From a virus (Duplodnaviria > Caudoviricetes): DNA of 56,390 bases. Position numbers and translations under genes: made by a program. Of this stretch, positions 54,060 to 56,390 are shown piece after piece. Positions within the stretch are counted from its first letter, which is position 1, and every line of letters begins with the position of its first letter. The DNA is taken from the IMG/VR virus record IMGVR_UViG_3300008450_000048, positions 1 to 56,390 of that record; one strand, written 5' to 3'. Below the pieces are notes generated by a model that worked only from the letters and a program-made list of their open reading frames with translations, searched no databases and was not told the origin of the DNA.

Positions 54060-55907
54060 TTAAACGGTGGTGAGAGCTTGAAGCTGGGCGTTGGTCAGGC
54101 GTGCCGGGTAATAGGCAAGTTTTTTGACGGTGCCGTTGAGCTGTGCTCCCAAGGAATAGCTTCCGATAAAAAACGAACCCGCTCCAACAGCAGGTACAAC
54201 ACCCGATGTATCGGGAGTACCTAGCGAACCTTGGGCGGCAGCTGAAAAGTCGTTGACCTTATAGGCACCCGCCATTTTGAAAGACACGCCGGCTGTAACT
54301 GAGCCGGAGGAAATCAATGCTTGAGTAACATTGCTGTCGCGAACGAACCAAGATCCAGCGCCGGCATTCGTATACATGCTCATCCGAGTTTGAGCGTTGA
54401 TATCAGCTGACAGGTAAGTCTGCCCCGTTGCGGGAGACGGACTAACTGTTTCGGCGTACATCGTCCCCTCATCAGCCCGATACCAGCTCGAAAAGTTCGT
54501 CCCCGTCATGCTGGCTGCATCAGCCGAGCGGGTGACTTGCGATGCGACGGTGGGGATGTAGCTGGTGGCGAAGGCGCCTGCTTCGAGTTGAGCGCCCCAG
54601 ATAAAGATGCCTGAGAAACCGTTGCCTTGGTAAGCCTGAAGGCGTGTTGCAGCGGTGGAATTGACCACCGCAATGATGAATCGCCCAGAGGCGGTGGCTG
54701 ATGCGGTATCAGTAAATTGGCAGCGTAGCCACCCGTTACCAACGGGCGTTATGCTGGCCGTCTTACCGCCAAGAGATGAGCCAAGAGTGCCGGTTGCCAA
54801 GTCAAAATTCTGAAAAGCATTTCCGTTGCCCTGCATTGATGTGGATGATGTTATTTGCAAAACAGAACGCTCTGCTTGTTTTGCAAAAATTGTGATCGTG
54901 TATGCGACCCCAGACGTTATTGAAACATCTTGTGCAAACCAATGCGCCTCATTAGAAGATGATTCAACCCACTTATCACCCGTCAAACTGCCATCAGGCG
55001 CAACAACTGTATTGGCTGTGATGCTTGAGGCGGTCTTTGTCCAAGCCGCATTATCAAACTCCTCACTCCGCAACACCAGATTTGTCCTGCCCTCCTCAAT
55101 CTCCAGCCCCAAGCTTTCTCGCGTGACCGGGTTGTGTTCAAACCGAGCCACGTTCGCCGCAGCGGTGAGCAACTGCGGAACGTAGTTCGTGACCGCCTGC
55201 GTGGTCGTGGCGGTGTAGGCGGTGACGCTGGAGCGTTGCTCTACTTGAGCGCCCCAGAGGTGGATAGTTCTGCTTGTCCCTGTATATACAGGGAAACCGC
55301 TCGACGTTATTGCACTACCGTCGGACATCCCTATTTGAATGCCGTTGGAAGAAATGTTTGCTCCAACCTGCGCCACGAGGACACAGCGATACCACCCATT
55401 ACCAACAGATGTAATGGACGTTGACGTTACAGAAAATCCTGTTCCAAGTGCGCCGCTCGTTGAAAGAGTACCGGCTGAAATATCAAAGACAGCATAAACA
55501 ATGTTTCCAGACGCGCCACGAAGTGTGATGAAGACATATTGACCGTCTACGTTTTTTGCAAATATCGATGCGGCGTAAGTTGTGTTGGCTGAAATAGAAA
55601 AACTTGTGTTGAAGTAATGACCTACAGCAGCGGTCGTTCCTTCACTTAGAGTGTCCGCCGTCGTTGTTCCGTCCGGGGCTGTCGTTGCATCTGCAGTAAA
55701 AATCGAATTCTGTTTAACCCACGCAGCGTTATCAAACTCCTGACTCCGCAACAGCAAATTCTCCTCAGCCTTCGACACCGTATGGTCGTCGTAGTACGTC
55801 GCCGTCGATGCGCGAGTGAAGGTGATGCGCGGATCAAGCGATCGCGTGGCAGCAAAGTCCAGCGCCAGGCTGGGGCGCACGGTCGGGAAGTTGGCTGAAA
55901 GACTCAT
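54060..55907 (-). CDS. Fibre/spike-like virion protein with two carbohydrate-binding-like modules
   Basis: Two NL..S(Q/E)EFDNAAW...APDG...GNGWxRC...WGAQ(V/L)E modules; C-terminal YYPARLTNAQLQALT. Confidence 0.75.
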   Translation of the reverse strand: MSLSANFPTVRPSLALDFAATRSLDPRITFTRASTATYYDDHTVSKAEENLLLRSQEFDNAAWVKQNSIFTADATTAPDGTTTADTLSEGTTAAVGHYFNTSFSISANTTYAASIFAKNVDGQYVFITLRGASGNIVYAVFDISAGTLSTSGALGTGFSVTSTSITSVGNGWYRCVLVAQVGANISSNGIQIGMSDGSAITSSGFPVYTGTSRTIHLWGAQVEQRSSVTAYTATTTQAVTNYVPQLLTAAANVARFEHNPVTRESLGLEIEEGRTNLVLRSEEFDNAAWTKTASSITANTVVAPDGSLTGDKWVESSSNEAHWFAQDVSITSGVAYTITIFAKQAERSVLQITSSTSMQGNGNAFQNFDLATGTLGSSLGGKTASITPVGNGWLRCQFTDTASATASGRFIIAVVNSTAATRLQAYQGNGFSGIFIWGAQLEAGAFATSYIPTVASQVTRSADAASMTGTNFSSWYRADEGTMYAETVSPSPATGQTYLSADINAQTRMSMYTNAGAGSWFVRDSNVTQALISSGSVTAGVSFKMAGAYKVNDFSAAAQGSLGTPDTSGVVPAVGAGSFFIGSYSLGAQLNGTVKKLAYYPARLTNAQLQALTTV

Positions 55908-55916
55908 TGCTGTTCC

Positions 55917-56390
55917 TTATGCTGTTAATGCTTGAAGCTGTGCGTTCGTCAGGCGCTGCGGGTAGTAGGCGATTTTCTTAAACGTGCCGCTGAATGCATT
56001 GCCGCCTCCGGCTGATAAGCTTCCGATATTGAATACTGATAAAACACCTGTCTTTGAAAACGAGCCGGTCGTTATGCTTCCGCCATTCAAAGTTGCGCTT
56101 ACTTGTTTGGTTGCGGCAACCAAACCCGTAGCGACTCTTGCATTGATGTTGAGAACCGACGACGTAATAGCCGAGACTGTTGTGCCGTCAAACGAAGAAA
56201 TTCCTGAAGAACCCGCCGGTATATAGTTAATGCGCTCATTGGCACTATTTGCACCTAACACGCCTACTGTGTATGGCAATGCTGCGCTCCAGCTAGTAAC
56301 AAAGTTTGCGTAGAACGTCCCTTCAGCATTGTTATACCAACTGCTGAAGTTCGCGCCCGTCATGCTTGCTTGATCCGTTGACCTCGTCAC
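55917..56390 (-). CDS. 3' part of the junction-spanning fibre/spike paralog (starts at 846)
   Basis: Continues the 1..846 frame; ends YYPQRLTNAQLQALTA. Confidence 0.85.
   Translation of the reverse strand: MTRSTDQASMTGANFSSWYNNAEGTFYANFVTSWSAALPYTVGVLGANSANERINYIPAGSSGISSFDGTTVSAITSSVLNINARVATGLVAATKQVSATLNGGSITTGSFSKTGVLSVFNIGSLSAGGGNAFSGTFKKIAYYPQRLTNAQLQALTA
56277..56390. repeat. Terminal direct repeat, copy 2
   Basis: Identical to 1-114. Confidence 0.97.

Noticed and set aside
56277-56390. 114-bp terminal repeat as a biological DTR
   Set aside because: It falls mid-CDS and the gene reads through the junction; most simply an assembler circularisation overlap.

Overview
The window is a complete, circularly assembled temperate dsDNA phage genome of about 56,276 bp. 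Bases 1-114 repeat exactly at 56277-56390, inside a CDS. The virion is podovirus-like: Sf6-type TerS, TerL, portal, scaffold, N4-gp56-type major capsid, adaptor and nozzle, tail fibre, two paralogous fibre/spike proteins, ejection proteins and a 3243-aa polyvalent protein. Regulation is lambdoid, with a divergent cro/cI pair, a Q-like antiterminator, xis and a tyrosine integrase, and an attP matching the 3' end of tRNA-His (probably a proteobacterial, likely Burkholderiales, host). Replication and recombination genes are a primase-helicase followed by an iteron array, a Sak4-like ATPase, SSB, a Cas4-like exonuclease, an SF2 helicase and RusA. Lysis uses a GH19 endolysin, a holin and nested spanins. 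Main hunt results: (i) small out-of-frame genes with their own RBS nested in the giant protein gene; (ii) a TATCACA(A/T)TG motif recurring about 19 times, often inside promoter spacers; (iii) three late promoter-leader-terminator cassettes in identical register; (iv) an unannotated secreted 6-Cys peptide; (v) a putative anti-defence operon beside attP; (vi) several candidate structured RNAs. All family assignments come from motif recognition by eye; no database searches were run.
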